Positions 52,211 to 63,491 of a DNA stretch of 64,000 bases are shown here, in pieces. Each line of letters begins with the position of its first letter. Position 1 is the first letter of the stretch. The notes beneath the pieces are model-generated. The model had not been told where the DNA came from, did not search any database, and saw only the letters and a program-made list of their open reading frames with translations. Made by a program: the position numbers and the translations under genes. This stretch comes from Alphaproteobacteria bacterium. Lineage in GTDB: Bacteria; Pseudomonadota; Alphaproteobacteria; Bin95. The stretch is from assembly GCA_964291285.2 (NCBI GenBank), contig OZ219786.1, forward strand, positions 736,001-800,000. The letters are read 5' to 3'.

Positions 52211-53203
52211 TCACTGCATCCGCTCTTCCGGCCGGATGAGGTAGAGGGGCGTCTCGCCGCGAACCGCGCGCAGGCAATTGGCGACGGCGCGGCCGAGAAC
52301 GACCGGGCGGCGGCTGCCGCCGACCGAGGCCGAGTTGTGCGGCGAGCCGATGACGTTCGGCAGGTCGAGCAGCGGCGTGTCGACGCGGAAGCTGCCGTGG
52401 CGGACCGGCTCCACCCACCAGGCATCGAGGCATGCGGTAAAGGACGGCCGGGCGGCGAGGTGGTCGTAGAGGGCGCGCTCGTCGATGATCTCGCCGCGGG
52501 CGAGGTTCACCAGGATGGCGTTGTCCTTCATGCGCCGGAGCGCGTCCGCGCCGATAACCCCTTCGGTCGCAGTGCTGAGCGGCGCGGTGATGAACAGGAT
52601 GTCGACGGCCTCCAGCAACTCGTCCAGCCGGTCCGGCGTGCCGATCCAGTCGGCCGGCTCGTCGCTGGCCCCGCGCCGGTTGATGGCGTGGATGCTCATG
52701 CCGAAGGCGCGCATCAGCCGGGAAACCGCGACGCCGATGCCCCCGAAGCCCAGTATGCCGCAGACGCCGCCGGCCAGCCTGATATTGGGCTCGAACTGGT
52801 TGAAGCGCCCGGCGCGGAGCTCGGCATGCTCGACGAACAGGCGCTTGGCGGCGGCCAGCGCCAGGGCGGCGCCGTGCTCGGCCATCGGCTCGGCGGAGGC
52901 GCCGCCATTGCCGGCGACCGGCAGGTCCGGCGGCAGGTCCCTGAGCGGCATGAAGTCCACGCCGGCAGGCAGCATCTGCAGCAGCCGGGCGCCGGCCAGC
53001 AAAGGCCACTCCTCCCGCCGGAAGTCGTTGCCCGTATGCCGGGCCAGCAGGGCCGCCGCACGTTGCAGCATGCGCGCGCGGGCCTTGGGCGACGGGGCCT
53101 CGGCGAGGTAAAGGAGGGGGCCTTCTTCGCCCCAGGCTTCGGCGATGATGCCGCGGTCCCGCTTGCTGGCGTCGAACGCGACGACAAGGGCGTCTCTCGT
53201 CAA
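52211..53203 (-). CDS. D-2-hydroxyacid dehydrogenase; TTG start inferred
   Basis: AGVDF, GFGGIG, VNLARG, DAWWVEP, SPHNSA. Confidence 0.85.
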   Translation of the reverse strand: MTRDALVVAFDASKRDRGIIAEAWGEEGPLLYLAEAPSPKARARMLQRAAALLARHTGNDFRREEWPLLAGARLLQMLPAGVDFMPLRDLPPDLPVAGNGGASAEPMAEHGAALALAAAKRLFVEHAELRAGRFNQFEPNIRLAGGVCGILGFGGIGVAVSRLMRAFGMSIHAINRRGASDEPADWIGTPDRLDELLEAVDILFITAPLSTATEGVIGADALRRMKDNAILVNLARGEIIDERALYDHLAARPSFTACLDAWWVEPVRHGSFRVDTPLLDLPNVIGSPHNSASVGGSRRPVVLGRAVANCLRAVRGETPLYLIRPEERMQ

Positions 53204-53220
53204 GGTCTGCAGTCTCCGGG

Positions 53221-54108
53221 TCAGGGCGCGCGCCTGGCCAGCACGGCCTCGCGATAGCCGATATACATGCCAGACGCCACAATCATGCCCGCCCCGACCC
53301 AGGTCCAGAGGTCCGGGAAGTAGCCGAAGACGACGAAGCCGAGCAGAGCCGCGAAGATGAGGTGGCTGTAGTTGAACGGCGCGATGACGGATGCGGGGCC
53401 GCTGCCGAAGGCGATCGTGTACAGATAGTGGCCGAGGCCCGAGAGCAGGCCGAGGGACACGATCATGCCGATTTCGACGGGGGCGGCGGGCGTTCGCCAG
53501 TCGCCCCAGACGACGAGGCTGAGCGCGGCCGTTCCGACCACGGTGGCGATGGTGGCCGACGTCGCCGCGTCCTCGCCTGCGGAGAGCTTGCGCGTCAGCA
53601 GCGAGTAGAACGCACTGGTGAAGGCCGAACCGACCGTGAAGACGATCTGCCAGGGCGTGTCGCCGAAACCGGGGCGGATGATGACGAGCGCGCCGATGAA
53701 GCCGACGACGACCGCCGACCAGCGGCGCGGGCCGACCCGCTCGCCCAGTACCGGTCCCGAAAGCGCCGTTATGAGCACCGGCCCCAGCATGGTGATGGCC
53801 GCCGCGGTCGCGAGCGGCACCCACTTGATCGCCAGGAAGAAGCACAATGACGAGGACAGCAGGCAGGCGCCGCGAAGGATCTGCGCCGCCGGGCGCGCGG
53901 TCCTGAGCAGCAGGAAGCGCCGCCCGCGCACCGGCGTGAAGACCGCGAGCATGAAGAGCAGCGCGCCGGCATAACGGGCCCAGACGAGCTGCACGGGCCC
54001 GTAATCCGCCCTCAGCATCTTCACCTCGACATTGAGGATGGAGAAGAGCGCGACGGCAGAGACCACGAGCAGGATCGCCAGTCCGATGCGGTCGCGGGGC
54101 CGGTCCAT
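53221..54108 (-). CDS. DMT/EamA family transporter
   Basis: About ten TM helices; LGERVGPRRW..GFIG, IAPFNY. Confidence 0.9.
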   Translation of the reverse strand: MDRPRDRIGLAILLVVSAVALFSILNVEVKMLRADYGPVQLVWARYAGALLFMLAVFTPVRGRRFLLLRTARPAAQILRGACLLSSSLCFFLAIKWVPLATAAAITMLGPVLITALSGPVLGERVGPRRWSAVVVGFIGALVIIRPGFGDTPWQIVFTVGSAFTSAFYSLLTRKLSAGEDAATSATIATVVGTAALSLVVWGDWRTPAAPVEIGMIVSLGLLSGLGHYLYTIAFGSGPASVIAPFNYSHLIFAALLGFVVFGYFPDLWTWVGAGMIVASGMYIGYREAVLARRAP

Positions 54109-54129
54109 GGGATGCAGGCGCGGGCCGGG

Positions 54130-57100
54130 CTACTGGGCGGCGGCTGCGCTTGCGAGCTGGCGGTGGACGAGCGCGGCGTAGAGGCCCCGCCGCGCCAGCA
54201 ATTCGCCGTGCGTGCCGGTTTCGACCAGCCTGCCGCCGTCGAGCACGACGATCTTGTCGGCGTCCCGGACGGTGGACAGCCGGTGGGCGATGACGACGGT
54301 GGTCCTGTCGGCCTTCAGCACGTCCAGCGCGCGGCGCACGGCGAGCTCGTTGAGCGCGTCCAGATGGCTGGTGGCTTCGTCCAGGATCAGGATGGGCGCG
54401 TCCTTCAGGAACGCCCGCGCGATGGCGACCCGCTGGCGCTGCCCGCCGGAGAGGCTGGCGCCGCGCTCGCCCACTATCGTTTCCAGCCCGTCCGGCAGGG
54501 TCCGGACCAGCGGGCCCAGCGCGGCATGGTCGAGGGCTGCCGCGAGCTCGGCTTCGCTTGCCGAGGGCCGGGCGATCATGACATTCGCGCGCAGTGTGTC
54601 GTTGAACAGGTACGTATCCTGCGAGACCAGCGCGATGCGGCTGCGCAGGTCGTCGAGCCTGTAGTCGCGCAGGTCCACGCCGTTGAGCATGATGCGCCCG
54701 GCATCCGGGTCCCAGAAGCGCATCAGCAATTGCGCCGTGGTGGTCTTGCCCGCACCCGATGCCCCGACCAGCGCCACCGTCCTGCCGGCCGGGATGGTCA
54801 CCGTCACCTCGCCGAGCGCCCGCCGGTGCTGGCCGGGATAGGCGAAGCTCACGCCCTCGAGCGAGAGGCCCGCCCCGGCGTCGCCGCCCTGTTCCGCGCC
54901 CGGCCCGTCCGCCACCGGCACCGGCTCGTTCTCCAGCGCGTAGTAGCGCCGGGTGGCGCCCAGCGTGTCCGCAAGCCGCCGGCCGATATGAGCGATTTCC
55001 GAGACCGGCAGGAAGGCGGACATGGCGAGCAGGGCAAGCAGCGGCAGGAGCCCGGCATCGACCGCACCGGCCTGGACCAGCAGCGCCCCGCTCACCACCA
55101 CCGCAAGGCCGCCCAGGCCGGTGAACACCTCCAGCAGGCTTTCCTGCAAGGTCACCTCGCCGAAGAAGGGCAGGCGAAGCGCGATATGCCGGTCGGCCAG
55201 CCGGTCGAAGCCGTCCGCGCGGCGGCGCTCGTCCTGGAAGGAGACGATTTCGCCGAGCCCCTGGACGGAATCGATGGCATAGGCGCCGAGCTCGCCCGCC
55301 GCCTCGCGCGCCCGGGAGCCGAGCCGGTCCACCCGGCCCCGCATCAGGAAGGGGCTGAGGCCGACGGCCGCGAGGAACGGAACCAGCGCGAGCGCAATCC
55401 ACGGGCTCGCCGCGCCCAGCACAAAGATGACGATGGCCGGGACCAGCACCGCGACGAAGGCGGGCGCCACCGTGTGGGCGAAGAAATACTCGATGAGCTC
55501 GATATCGTGCGTGGCGAGGTTCATCAGGTCGCCGGTCCGCCGCCGCACGAGATAGGCCGGCGCCAGCTTGTCCAGCTTGCGGAAGGCGTCGATCCGCATC
55601 TCCGCCAGCAGCCGGTAGGCCATGTCGTGCGCGACCCAGGATTCGAGCCAGTGCACGATGCCGGCCAGGGGCGCCAGCACCCAGAGCCAGACCAGCAGGT
55701 GGTCGTAAGCCTGGCCGTTCTTCAGGCTGAAGACGATGAGCGCGCTCACCGCGCCGACGCCGATGAAGGCAAGGACGCGCACGACGCCGAACAGGAAGGT
55801 GAGGCCGAGGCGCCCCTTCCACGGCAGGATCACGCGCATCAGCGCGGCGACCACCTGGAGCCAGGACAGGCCCTCCGCCCTGATGACCCCTTCGGTGGGC
55901 GCCAGCTTCGCCCCGCCGGGCGTCGTGTCCAGGGTCTCGGTGGTCGGGCGGTCCGGGGCGTCGATGAGAAGGTCGCCCTCCCGCTCCTCGGACTCGCGCG
56001 CCTGCTCGCGCATGAGCGAGGCATAGACGCCGCCCGGCAGGCCCATGAGTTCGCCGTGCGAGCCGCTTTCGACGACCCGCCCCTCCTCCATCGCGAGGAT
56101 GCGGTCGCAGTCGATGACGCTGGAGAGCCGGTGCGCCAGGATCAGCACCGTGCGCCCCTGCATCAGCCGGTCGAGCGCCTCCTGGATCACCGCCTCATTG
56201 TCGGCATCCACGGCGGAGAGCGCCTCGTCCAGCACCAGGATCGGTGTGTCGCGCAGCACCGCGCGGGCAATCGCGACCCGCTGGCGCTGCCCGCCCGAAA
56301 GCTTGATCCCCTTCTCGCCGATGATCGTGTCGTAGCCGTCCGGCAGCGTGTCGATGAAGCCCCTGATGTTGGCGATGCGCGCCGCCTCCTCGACCTCCTC
56401 GCGGCTGGCGTCCGGGCGGCCCATGCGGATGTTCTCGCCGATGGTGCCGTGGAACAGGAAGGTGTCCTGGTTGACGACCGAGATGTTCCGGCGGATCTGC
56501 GCGAAGCTCATGTCCCGGAGGTCGATGCCGCCGAGCGTGACGCGCCCGGCGTCCGGATCGAAGAAGCGCAGCAGCAGGCGCACGATGGAGGTCTTGCCGC
56601 AGCCGCTCTGCCCGACCACGCCGATGCGCTCGCCCGGCGAGACCGAGAAGGAAAGCCCCCGGTGCGCCGGTCCGCGCGCGCCGGGATAGCGGAAGGTCAC
56701 GTTCTCGAAGGCGATGGCCGGCTCCAGCGGGTCCGCCTCTGTATTCTCCGGGCCGTCCGCGACTTCCGGTTCGGCATCCAGGATGCCGTAGATGCCCTGG
56801 GCCGCCGACATCCCGACCATGCCCTGGTGGAGCACGGCGCGCAGATCCCGCATCGGGCGGAAAATCTCCACGCCCATCATCAGGATGACGAGCAGGCCGA
56901 CGAGTTCCATCTCGCCGGAAACGACTCTTGACGCGCCGAGCGCCAGCGCCGCGGCCGCGCCGACGGCGATCATGCAGTCGGTGATGCCGCGCGAGAGCAC
57001 GTTCGTGCCGAGCACCCACATGGTGCGCCGGAACAGCTCGCGCGCCTTCGCAGTCAGCAGGTCGGCGCGCGCCGCGCTCTGCCCGAAGGCCTTGAGCGTG

Positions 57101-57717
57101 CCGAGGCCTTGGATGGAATCGAGGAATTCGGCGGCGAAATCGGCGTAGGCGCGCTGCCGGCTGCGCGAATTCATCACGTCGCGGCTGTGCCAGGCGGCAG
57201 GCAGGAAGAGCGCGGCGAGCGCGAAGGCGAACAGCACCGCCGCCACCGGAAGGTCGATAAACGCCACGAAGGCAAAGATGAGCAGCGGCGTCAGGAACGA
57301 CACCAGCAGCTGCGGCAGATATTGCCCGAAATAGGTTTCGAGCTGCTCGACGCCGTCCACCAGCGAGAGCGTGAGCGCGCCCGAACGCCGCTGCCCGGCA
57401 TAGGAGGGCCCCAGCGCCGCGATGCGGTCGAACAGCGTCCGGCGGAGCCGCTTCTGGACGAGTGCGGCGGTCCTGTGCGCGACGATGGTCCGCCAGTGCT
57501 CGCAGGCGCCGCGCGCCGCCATCACCGCGGCGATGCCGAGTATCGGCCAGACGAGTTCGCCTGCCGTGTCGCCCGCGAACACGCGCCCGATCAGCCAGCC
57601 GAGCAACGCCAGCCGCGCCACGCCGAGCGCCGCCGCCAGCAGCCCGACCGACATGGACAGGAAGATGCGCCCGCGCACGCCCTCGGTGAAGCGCCACAGG
57701 CGAAGCTCTAGATGCAT
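54130..57717 (-). CDS. Fused ABC transporter TMD-NBD-TMD-NBD (CydDC/IrtAB-like)
   Basis: Two TMDs; GQSGCGKT/LSGGQ/LDE and GASGAGKT/LSGGQ/LDE. Confidence 0.9.
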   Translation of the reverse strand: MHLELRLWRFTEGVRGRIFLSMSVGLLAAALGVARLALLGWLIGRVFAGDTAGELVWPILGIAAVMAARGACEHWRTIVAHRTAALVQKRLRRTLFDRIAALGPSYAGQRRSGALTLSLVDGVEQLETYFGQYLPQLLVSFLTPLLIFAFVAFIDLPVAAVLFAFALAALFLPAAWHSRDVMNSRSRQRAYADFAAEFLDSIQGLGTLKAFGQSAARADLLTAKARELFRRTMWVLGTNVLSRGITDCMIAVGAAAALALGASRVVSGEMELVGLLVILMMGVEIFRPMRDLRAVLHQGMVGMSAAQGIYGILDAEPEVADGPENTEADPLEPAIAFENVTFRYPGARGPAHRGLSFSVSPGERIGVVGQSGCGKTSIVRLLLRFFDPDAGRVTLGGIDLRDMSFAQIRRNISVVNQDTFLFHGTIGENIRMGRPDASREEVEEAARIANIRGFIDTLPDGYDTIIGEKGIKLSGGQRQRVAIARAVLRDTPILVLDEALSAVDADNEAVIQEALDRLMQGRTVLILAHRLSSVIDCDRILAMEEGRVVESGSHGELMGLPGGVYASLMREQARESEEREGDLLIDAPDRPTTETLDTTPGGAKLAPTEGVIRAEGLSWLQVVAALMRVILPWKGRLGLTFLFGVVRVLAFIGVGAVSALIVFSLKNGQAYDHLLVWLWVLAPLAGIVHWLESWVAHDMAYRLLAEMRIDAFRKLDKLAPAYLVRRRTGDLMNLATHDIELIEYFFAHTVAPAFVAVLVPAIVIFVLGAASPWIALALVPFLAAVGLSPFLMRGRVDRLGSRAREAAGELGAYAIDSVQGLGEIVSFQDERRRADGFDRLADRHIALRLPFFGEVTLQESLLEVFTGLGGLAVVVSGALLVQAGAVDAGLLPLLALLAMSAFLPVSEIAHIGRRLADTLGATRRYYALENEPVPVADGPGAEQGGDAGAGLSLEGVSFAYPGQHRRALGEVTVTIPAGRTVALVGASGAGKTTTAQLLMRFWDPDAGRIMLNGVDLRDYRLDDLRSRIALVSQDTYLFNDTLRANVMIARPSASEAELAAALDHAALGPLVRTLPDGLETIVGERGASLSGGQRQRVAIARAFLKDAPILILDEATSHLDALNELAVRRALDVLKADRTTVVIAHRLSTVRDADKIVVLDGGRLVETGTHGELLARRGLYAALVHRQLASAAAAQ

Positions 57718-57804
57718 GGCCCCCTTCCAGACGCGGCCGAAACCGGGCCCGCAAAAGCCGGACGCGGCCCCGGCGGCCCGGTTTGGGCGGAAACCGCCGC
57801 CGTG

Positions 57805-58455
57805 TCAACGAGGTCCGGGGGAAGCCGCCGCACCGGCAGCCAGTCCTCCGGCGGCCGTGATGAACCCGACCACGTCGGAGAGGCCCTCGCCGGTCTTGAG
57901 GTTGGTGAAGACCCAGGGGCGGCCGCCGCGCATCCGGTCCGTATCCGAGCGCATGACATCGAGATTCGCGCCGACCAGCGGGGCGAGATCGATCTTGTTG
58001 ATGACCAGGAGGTCGGAGCGCGTGATGCCCGGACCGCCCTTGCGCGGGATCTTCTCGCCGGCCGCCACGTCGATCACATAGATGGTGATGTCGGCCAGTT
58101 CCGGACTGAAGGTGGCTGCGAGATTGTCGCCGCCCGACTCGATCAGGCAGAGCTCGGCGGAAGGAAAGCGGCTGCACATGTCCGCTATCGCGGAAAGGTT
58201 GATCGAGGCGTCCTCACGGATCGCGGTATGCGGGCAGCCGCCCGTCTCCACGCCCTCGATCCGCTCCGCCGGAAGCGCGCCCGCCTCGGTCAGGATCCGC
58301 TGGTCCTCCTTGGTGTAGATGTCGTTGGTGATGACGAACAGGTCGTGGCGGTCGCGCAGGCTCTTGCACAAGGCTTCGGCCAGTGCCGTCTTGCCGGAGC
58401 CGACGGGTCCGCCGATGCCGACGCGCAGCGGTCCGTGGGGAGAGGGGAGGGTCAT
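57805..58455 (-). CDS. ureG: Urease accessory GTPase UreG
   Basis: [28 protein letters not shown]. Confidence 0.96.
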   Translation of the reverse strand: MTLPSPHGPLRVGIGGPVGSGKTALAEALCKSLRDRHDLFVITNDIYTKEDQRILTEAGALPAERIEGVETGGCPHTAIREDASINLSAIADMCSRFPSAELCLIESGGDNLAATFSPELADITIYVIDVAAGEKIPRKGGPGITRSDLLVINKIDLAPLVGANLDVMRSDTDRMRGGRPWVFTNLKTGEGLSDVVGFITAAGGLAAGAAASPGPR

Positions 58456-59129
58456 GATCTGAAGATCCTCGAATACTGGGTTTCGTGGCGCATGGAGAAG
58501 ATGTCGGCAGCGGGAGCGGCGGCGCCGGTTTCCTCCGGCGGAGTCGCGGCGGCAAGCGCGGCAGCCTCGAGAACTGCAGGCTCCAGGGCGGCCGTGATCT
58601 TCTGGCCGTCGGTCTGGCCGAGCGGCACGAGCCGGACCCCCGCCGAGACGATCATGGCCGCAAAGGCGTGCAAGTAACAGATGAGCGCCGGCTCCAGCGC
58701 GACGCCATGCGCGGAGGACGCGAAGCCGGCGGCTATGCATAGCGGCGGCCGCTCCTCCAGCACTTCGGCGAGCATATCGATGGCCGGATGGGGCCACGCA
58801 GCGCGAGTCGTGTTCAGGAACGCCTCGCCCTGGCGTTCGGACTCAAGCGCGAACTCGGCGGTTCCGGTCCAGGCGCGGGCCTCGTCTGCCAGCGCGGCCG
58901 CCGCGACGGCATCCGGCGCGGCCCTGTGTGCGGCGGCGAAGAACACGCCGTCCACCTGCCCCGCGCCGTGTAGGAGCAGCCATTCCGTCCAATCGGCCAA
59001 GCTCTGCCGGTCGTGTATCGATCCCGCCTCCACCGCCGCTTCCAAGCCGTGGCTGTAGGCGAAACCGCCAACCGGGAAGGCGGGCGAGAACCAGGCCTGG
59101 AGCCGCAGCAGGTCGCCGGGGCCGGTCAT
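58452..59129 (-). CDS. ureF: Urease accessory protein UreF
   Basis: [27 protein letters not shown]. Confidence 0.95.
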   Translation of the reverse strand: MTGPGDLLRLQAWFSPAFPVGGFAYSHGLEAAVEAGSIHDRQSLADWTEWLLLHGAGQVDGVFFAAAHRAAPDAVAAAALADEARAWTGTAEFALESERQGEAFLNTTRAAWPHPAIDMLAEVLEERPPLCIAAGFASSAHGVALEPALICYLHAFAAMIVSAGVRLVPLGQTDGQKITAALEPAVLEAAALAAATPPEETGAAAPAADIFSMRHETQYSRIFRS

Positions 59130-59602
59130 GAGTGATCGTGTCCGTGGCCATGACCGTGGTCATGGCTGTGGCCGGAATAGGCGCCGCCCTCGGGCTGGAA
59201 GGCCTCGACCGTCTCCGTCACGGCGCCCCCGAGATTTCGCAGCATGTCCGCCAGCACATGGTCGGGGCGGATGAGAATCGCGTCCGCGCGGATTTCCGCC
59301 GGCGTGTGCCGGTTGCCGAGATGCCAGGCAAGCCGCGCCGCCAGTTCCGGCGTGGCGGCGGCTATCCGCAGGACCGGCTCGGGCCGGGCGGCGACCCCAA
59401 TCCAGCCGCCGTCGGCGCAGCGGAGGCCGTCCCCTTCGGCCATCGCGACCGCCTTCGGCAGGTCGAGCAGCACCGCCTCGCCCTCGACCGTCTCCAGCCT
59501 GAGGCGGCGGCGGTGCCGGTCGTCGAAGGCGAGGCTGACGCGCCCTGCCGCCTCGTGCTCCGGCCAGTGCCCGCGCGGGCGGTGTTCGACAGCGCGCCGC
59601 AT
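59126..59602 (-). CDS. ureE: Urease accessory protein UreE
   Basis: AWHLGNRH, FQPEGGAY, His-rich tail. Confidence 0.95.
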   Translation of the reverse strand: MRRAVEHRPRGHWPEHEAAGRVSLAFDDRHRRRLRLETVEGEAVLLDLPKAVAMAEGDGLRCADGGWIGVAARPEPVLRIAAATPELAARLAWHLGNRHTPAEIRADAILIRPDHVLADMLRNLGGAVTETVEAFQPEGGAYSGHSHDHGHGHGHDHS

Positions 59603-59606
59603 CGCC

Positions 59607-61304
59607 CTAGAACAGGAAGTAGCGCTGCGCCATCGACAGCACTTCCGCCGGCTCGCAGGTAAGCAGCGCACCGCCCGCGCGCACCTCGTAGGTTTCGGGA
59701 TCGACTTCGATATCGGGCATGAGGTCGTTCAGCACCATGTTCCCCTTTCCGATGGTCCGCGTGCCGCGCACGGGCTCCAGCCGCCGGGCGGTGTCGAAAC
59801 CCGCATCGAGCCCGGCCTCGCTGACGAAGGTGACGGAGGTCGCCGGCCGCGCCCGCCCGAAGCCTGCGAACATCGGACGGAAATGTTCGGGCTGCGGCGT
59901 CGGGATGGAGGCGTTGGGGTCTCCCATGACGGCGGCTGCGATCATGCCCCCCTTTATCACCAGGTCCGGTTTCACGCCGAAGAAGGCCGGCGACCAGATG
60001 ACGAGATCGGCCAGCTTGCCGGCCTCGACGGAGCCGATATGGTCCGCCATGCCGTGCGCGATGGCGGGGTTGATGGTGTATTTGGCGATATAGCGCCGGG
60101 CGCGCAGATTGTCGTTTTCGCCGCTCTCGCCCTCCAGCCGGCCGAACTGGCGCTTCATCTTGTCGGCCGTCTGCCATGTGCGGATCGGGACCTCGCCGAC
60201 CCGGCCCATCGCCTGGCTGTCCGACGCGATGATCGAGAACGCCCCCATGTCGTGCAGGATGTCCTCGGCCGCGATGGTCTCCTTGCGGATGCGGCTCTCG
60301 GCGAAGGCCACATCCTCGGCGATGCGCGGGTCCAGATGGTGGCAGACCATGAGCATGTCGAGATGCTCGTCCACCGTGTTGACCGTGTAGGGGCGGGTCG
60401 GGTTGGTCGAAGAGGGCAGCACATTGGCGAGCCCGCAGACCTTGATGATGTCCGGCGCATGGCCGCCGCCCGCCCCTTCGGTGTGGAAGGCGTGGATCGT
60501 GCGGCCCTTGAAGGCGGCGACGGTGTGTTCGACGAACCCCGACTCGTTGAGCGTGTCGGTGTGGATCATCACCTGGACGTCCATCGCGTCGGCGACGCCG
60601 AGGCAGGCGTCGATGGCGGCCGGCGTCGTGCCCCAGTCCTCGTGGAGCTTGAGTGCGCAGGCGCCCGCCCGCACCTGCTCCTCCAGCGCGGCCGGCAGGC
60701 TCGCATTGCCCTTGCCGGCGAAACCGAGGTTCATGGCGAAACCGTCGGCCGCCTCGATCATCCGCTGCAGGTGCCAGGGGCCCGGCGTGCAGGTGGTGGC
60801 GTTGGTGCCGGTGGCGGGGCCGGTGCCGCCGCCCATCATGGTCGTGATGCCGGAGGCCAGCGCCTCCTCGATCTGCTGCGGGCAGATGAAGTGGATATGG
60901 CAGTCGAAGCCGCCGGCGGTGACGATCTTGCCCTCGCCGGCGACAATCTCGGTGCCGGGTCCGATGACGATGTCCACGCCGTCCTGGATGTCGGGGTTCC
61001 CCGCCTTGCCGACGGCCAGGATGCGCCCGTCGCGAATGCCGATATCGGCCTTCACGACGCCCCAGTGGTCGAGGATCAGCGCGTTGGTCACCACCGTGTC
61101 GGCCGCGCCCTCGGCCCGCGTCGCCTGGGACTGGCCCATGCCGTCGCGGATGACCTTGCCGCCGCCGAATTTCACTTCGTCGCCATAGGCGGTGAAATCC
61201 CGCTCGACCTCGATGAAGAGTTCGGTGTCGGCAAGGCGGACCCGGTCGCCCACGGTCGGCCCGAACATGTCCGCATAGTCCCGGCGGGAAATCGCATAGG
61301 CCAT
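59607..61304 (-). CDS. ureC: Urease alpha subunit
   Basis: [28 protein letters not shown]. Confidence 0.98.
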   Translation of the reverse strand: MAYAISRRDYADMFGPTVGDRVRLADTELFIEVERDFTAYGDEVKFGGGKVIRDGMGQSQATRAEGAADTVVTNALILDHWGVVKADIGIRDGRILAVGKAGNPDIQDGVDIVIGPGTEIVAGEGKIVTAGGFDCHIHFICPQQIEEALASGITTMMGGGTGPATGTNATTCTPGPWHLQRMIEAADGFAMNLGFAGKGNASLPAALEEQVRAGACALKLHEDWGTTPAAIDACLGVADAMDVQVMIHTDTLNESGFVEHTVAAFKGRTIHAFHTEGAGGGHAPDIIKVCGLANVLPSSTNPTRPYTVNTVDEHLDMLMVCHHLDPRIAEDVAFAESRIRKETIAAEDILHDMGAFSIIASDSQAMGRVGEVPIRTWQTADKMKRQFGRLEGESGENDNLRARRYIAKYTINPAIAHGMADHIGSVEAGKLADLVIWSPAFFGVKPDLVIKGGMIAAAVMGDPNASIPTPQPEHFRPMFAGFGRARPATSVTFVSEAGLDAGFDTARRLEPVRGTRTIGKGNMVLNDLMPDIEVDPETYEVRAGGALLTCEPAEVLSMAQRYFLF

Positions 61305-61305
61305 G

Positions 61306-61623
61306 TCAGCGCTTCCCGTCGAGCGCGCCCATGACGCGCCCGTTGAAGCCGACGGCGCGCCGGGTGCCGCGATAGGGGACCAGAGGCGCAAGGCGCGTCT
61401 GGCCCGGCTCGAAGCGCATGGCGGTGCCGGCGGGGATGTCGAGGCGCCACCCCAGCGCCCGCTCGCGGTCGAACTGCAGCGCCGGATTGACCTCGAAGAA
61501 ATGGAAGTGGCTGCCGACCTGGACGGGCCGGTCGCCGCTGTTCGCGACTTCGATCTCGACGGTCTCGAGGCCCTGGTTGAGCAGGAGCTCGCCCTCGGCA
61601 GTCAGGATTTCGCCCGGAATCAT
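61306..61623 (-). CDS. ureB: Urease beta subunit
   Basis: [24 protein letters not shown]. Confidence 0.96.
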   Translation of the reverse strand: MIPGEILTAEGELLLNQGLETVEIEVANSGDRPVQVGSHFHFFEVNPALQFDRERALGWRLDIPAGTAMRFEPGQTRLAPLVPYRGTRRAVGFNGRVMGALDGKR

Positions 61624-61634
61624 CGCATCCCCCC

Positions 61635-61937
61635 TCAGCGGATCGGGTTGTGGACGGTGACCAGCTTCACCCCGTCGGGGAAGGTCGCCTCCACCTGTAC
61701 GTCGTGGATCATCTCGGCCACGCCCTCCATCACCTGCTCCCGCGAGATGACATGCGCGCCCGTCTCCATCAGCTCGGCGACGCGCCGCCCGTCGCGCGCG
61801 CCCTCGACGACGAAGTCGGAAATGAGCGCCACGGCTTCGGGATGGTTGAGCCGCACGCCGCGCTCCAGCCGGCGGCGGGCGACGATGGCGGCCATGGCGA
61901 CCAGCAGTTTGTCCTCTTCGCGCGGGGTGAGACGCAT
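61635..61937 (-). CDS. ureA: Urease gamma subunit
   Basis: [25 protein letters not shown]. Confidence 0.97.
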   Translation of the reverse strand: MRLTPREEDKLLVAMAAIVARRRLERGVRLNHPEAVALISDFVVEGARDGRRVAELMETGAHVISREQVMEGVAEMIHDVQVEATFPDGVKLVTVHNPIR

Positions 61938-61954
61938 GGGCTAACCGTCCTCCT

Positions 61955-62815
61955 TCAGCAAAGCCAGACGCGCGGTGCCAGCGCCGGACGGCCGAATGCG
62001 GACGCGCGGAACAGGCCGAGCAGTTTCGCAAGTTCGCGCTTGAACGCGCCGCCCTCGCGGGCGAGGAACCGCACCGCCACCAGCCCCCGGACCGCGCTCG
62101 CACCCGCGAATGCCGACATGCCCGCCAGCAGGCCGCGGAGCTCCTCCAGGCGGTCCGGCGCATCCGGCGCGGCATAGATCAGCGTCGCCGATACGCGCGC
62201 GCCGCGAAGGCCGGCCTCCGACGCGGCCGCAGGCCCGAACGCGCCGCTACCGATGCGAAGCGTATCCCGCCAGACGGGCCGGCCGTCCCGGTCGATCCGC
62301 CAGCGGTCGGCGAGGCCGCCCTTCGTCATCCGCTCGCCATACGCGGCGCGGCCGAACACCAGCGTCTCGACCGCCAGCAGCCGCGCATCGCCCGCCATGT
62401 CCACCTCGATCCGGCGGTTGAGCCGCGCGCCGTCGAACAGGATCGTTTCCTGCGGCAGCCATTCCAGCGCAGCGCCCGGCCCGAGGGTGAGCCGCGTCAC
62501 CCACTCCGCCGGCGCGTCGATGGCGCGATACACCTTCTCGGCCGCCTGGCCGGACACGATAGCCTCCGCCCCCGGCCCGGCCGCTATCCCGACCTCGCAC
62601 CGGTCGCCGCCTGCGATGCCGCCCGCCAGGTTTGCGACCACCGCTTCCGGCACGCCGTTCGCAGGGCGCGGTGTCAATATCCGCATCGGCGCGCGGGAAT
62701 AACGCTCAACGAGCGCACTGCCGCCGTCCTGCGCCTCGAAGCGCAGCACCGCCCGCCCCCGGCTCCGCTGGAGCGCGCGGTCAGACGCTGAGACGGCGCT
62801 GCAATTCGTCTTCAT
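61955..62815 (-). CDS. ureD: Urease accessory protein UreD (start uncertain)
   Basis: [33 protein letters not shown]. Confidence 0.92.
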   Translation of the reverse strand: MKTNCSAVSASDRALQRSRGRAVLRFEAQDGGSALVERYSRAPMRILTPRPANGVPEAVVANLAGGIAGGDRCEVGIAAGPGAEAIVSGQAAEKVYRAIDAPAEWVTRLTLGPGAALEWLPQETILFDGARLNRRIEVDMAGDARLLAVETLVFGRAAYGERMTKGGLADRWRIDRDGRPVWRDTLRIGSGAFGPAAASEAGLRGARVSATLIYAAPDAPDRLEELRGLLAGMSAFAGASAVRGLVAVRFLAREGGAFKRELAKLLGLFRASAFGRPALAPRVWLC

Positions 62816-63476
62816 CGAGCTCCCCCGGACGCCCCTGCATGACGACTTCGCCCCGGTCCATGACCACGAACCGGTCGGCGAGTTCCCGTGCAAAATCGAA
62901 AAATTGCTCAACAAGCAGGATGGCAATGTCGCCCCGCGCGGCCAGCTGCGAAATCGCAGCGCCGATCTGCTTGATGATCGAGGGCTGGATGCCTTCGGTC
63001 GGCTCATCCAGCACCAGGAGGCGCGGGCGGGTGGCCAGCGCCCGACCGATAGCCAGTTGCTGCTGCTGCCCGCCGGAAAGGTCGCCGCCGCGCCGGTTCA
63101 TCATGTCGCGCAGGACGGGAAACAGATCGAAGATGTCCCCGGGCACCGTGCGTTCGGCGCGCGGCAGCATGCCGAGGCCGGTCCTCAGGTTTTCCTCGAC
63201 CGTGAGCAGCGGGAAGATCTCCCGCCCTTGCGGCACGAGGGCAAGACCCGCGCGGGCGCGGTCCGCCGCGGTGAGTCCGGTGATATCGGCGCCCTCCCAC
63301 TCCACCTTTCCCCGGCGCAGCGGAACATGGCCGACAAGCCCCCGGATGAGGCTGGTCTTGCCGACGCCGTTGCGGCCGAGCACGCAGGTGACCTCGCCCT
63401 TCAGCGCGGTGAGCGACACGCCCTTCAGCGCCTGGCTGGCGCCGTAATAGAGGTCGGCATCGTGGATCGTCAGCAT
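62781..63476 (-). CDS. urtE: Urea ABC transporter ATP-binding protein UrtE
   Basis: GRNGVGKT, VPQGREIFP, LSGGQQQQLAI, DEPTEGIQPSII. Confidence 0.93.
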   Translation of the reverse strand: MLTIHDADLYYGASQALKGVSLTALKGEVTCVLGRNGVGKTSLIRGLVGHVPLRRGKVEWEGADITGLTAADRARAGLALVPQGREIFPLLTVEENLRTGLGMLPRAERTVPGDIFDLFPVLRDMMNRRGGDLSGGQQQQLAIGRALATRPRLLVLDEPTEGIQPSIIKQIGAAISQLAARGDIAILLVEQFFDFARELADRFVVMDRGEVVMQGRPGELDEDELQRRLSV

Positions 63477-63491
63477 GGTTTCGCCATCGCC

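Noticed and set aside
45942-55822. 1017-aa and 1203-aa ORFs suggesting giant fusion proteins
   Set aside because: These are alternate-frame run-ons. Only the last 330 aa of 52211-55822 is a real dehydrogenase.
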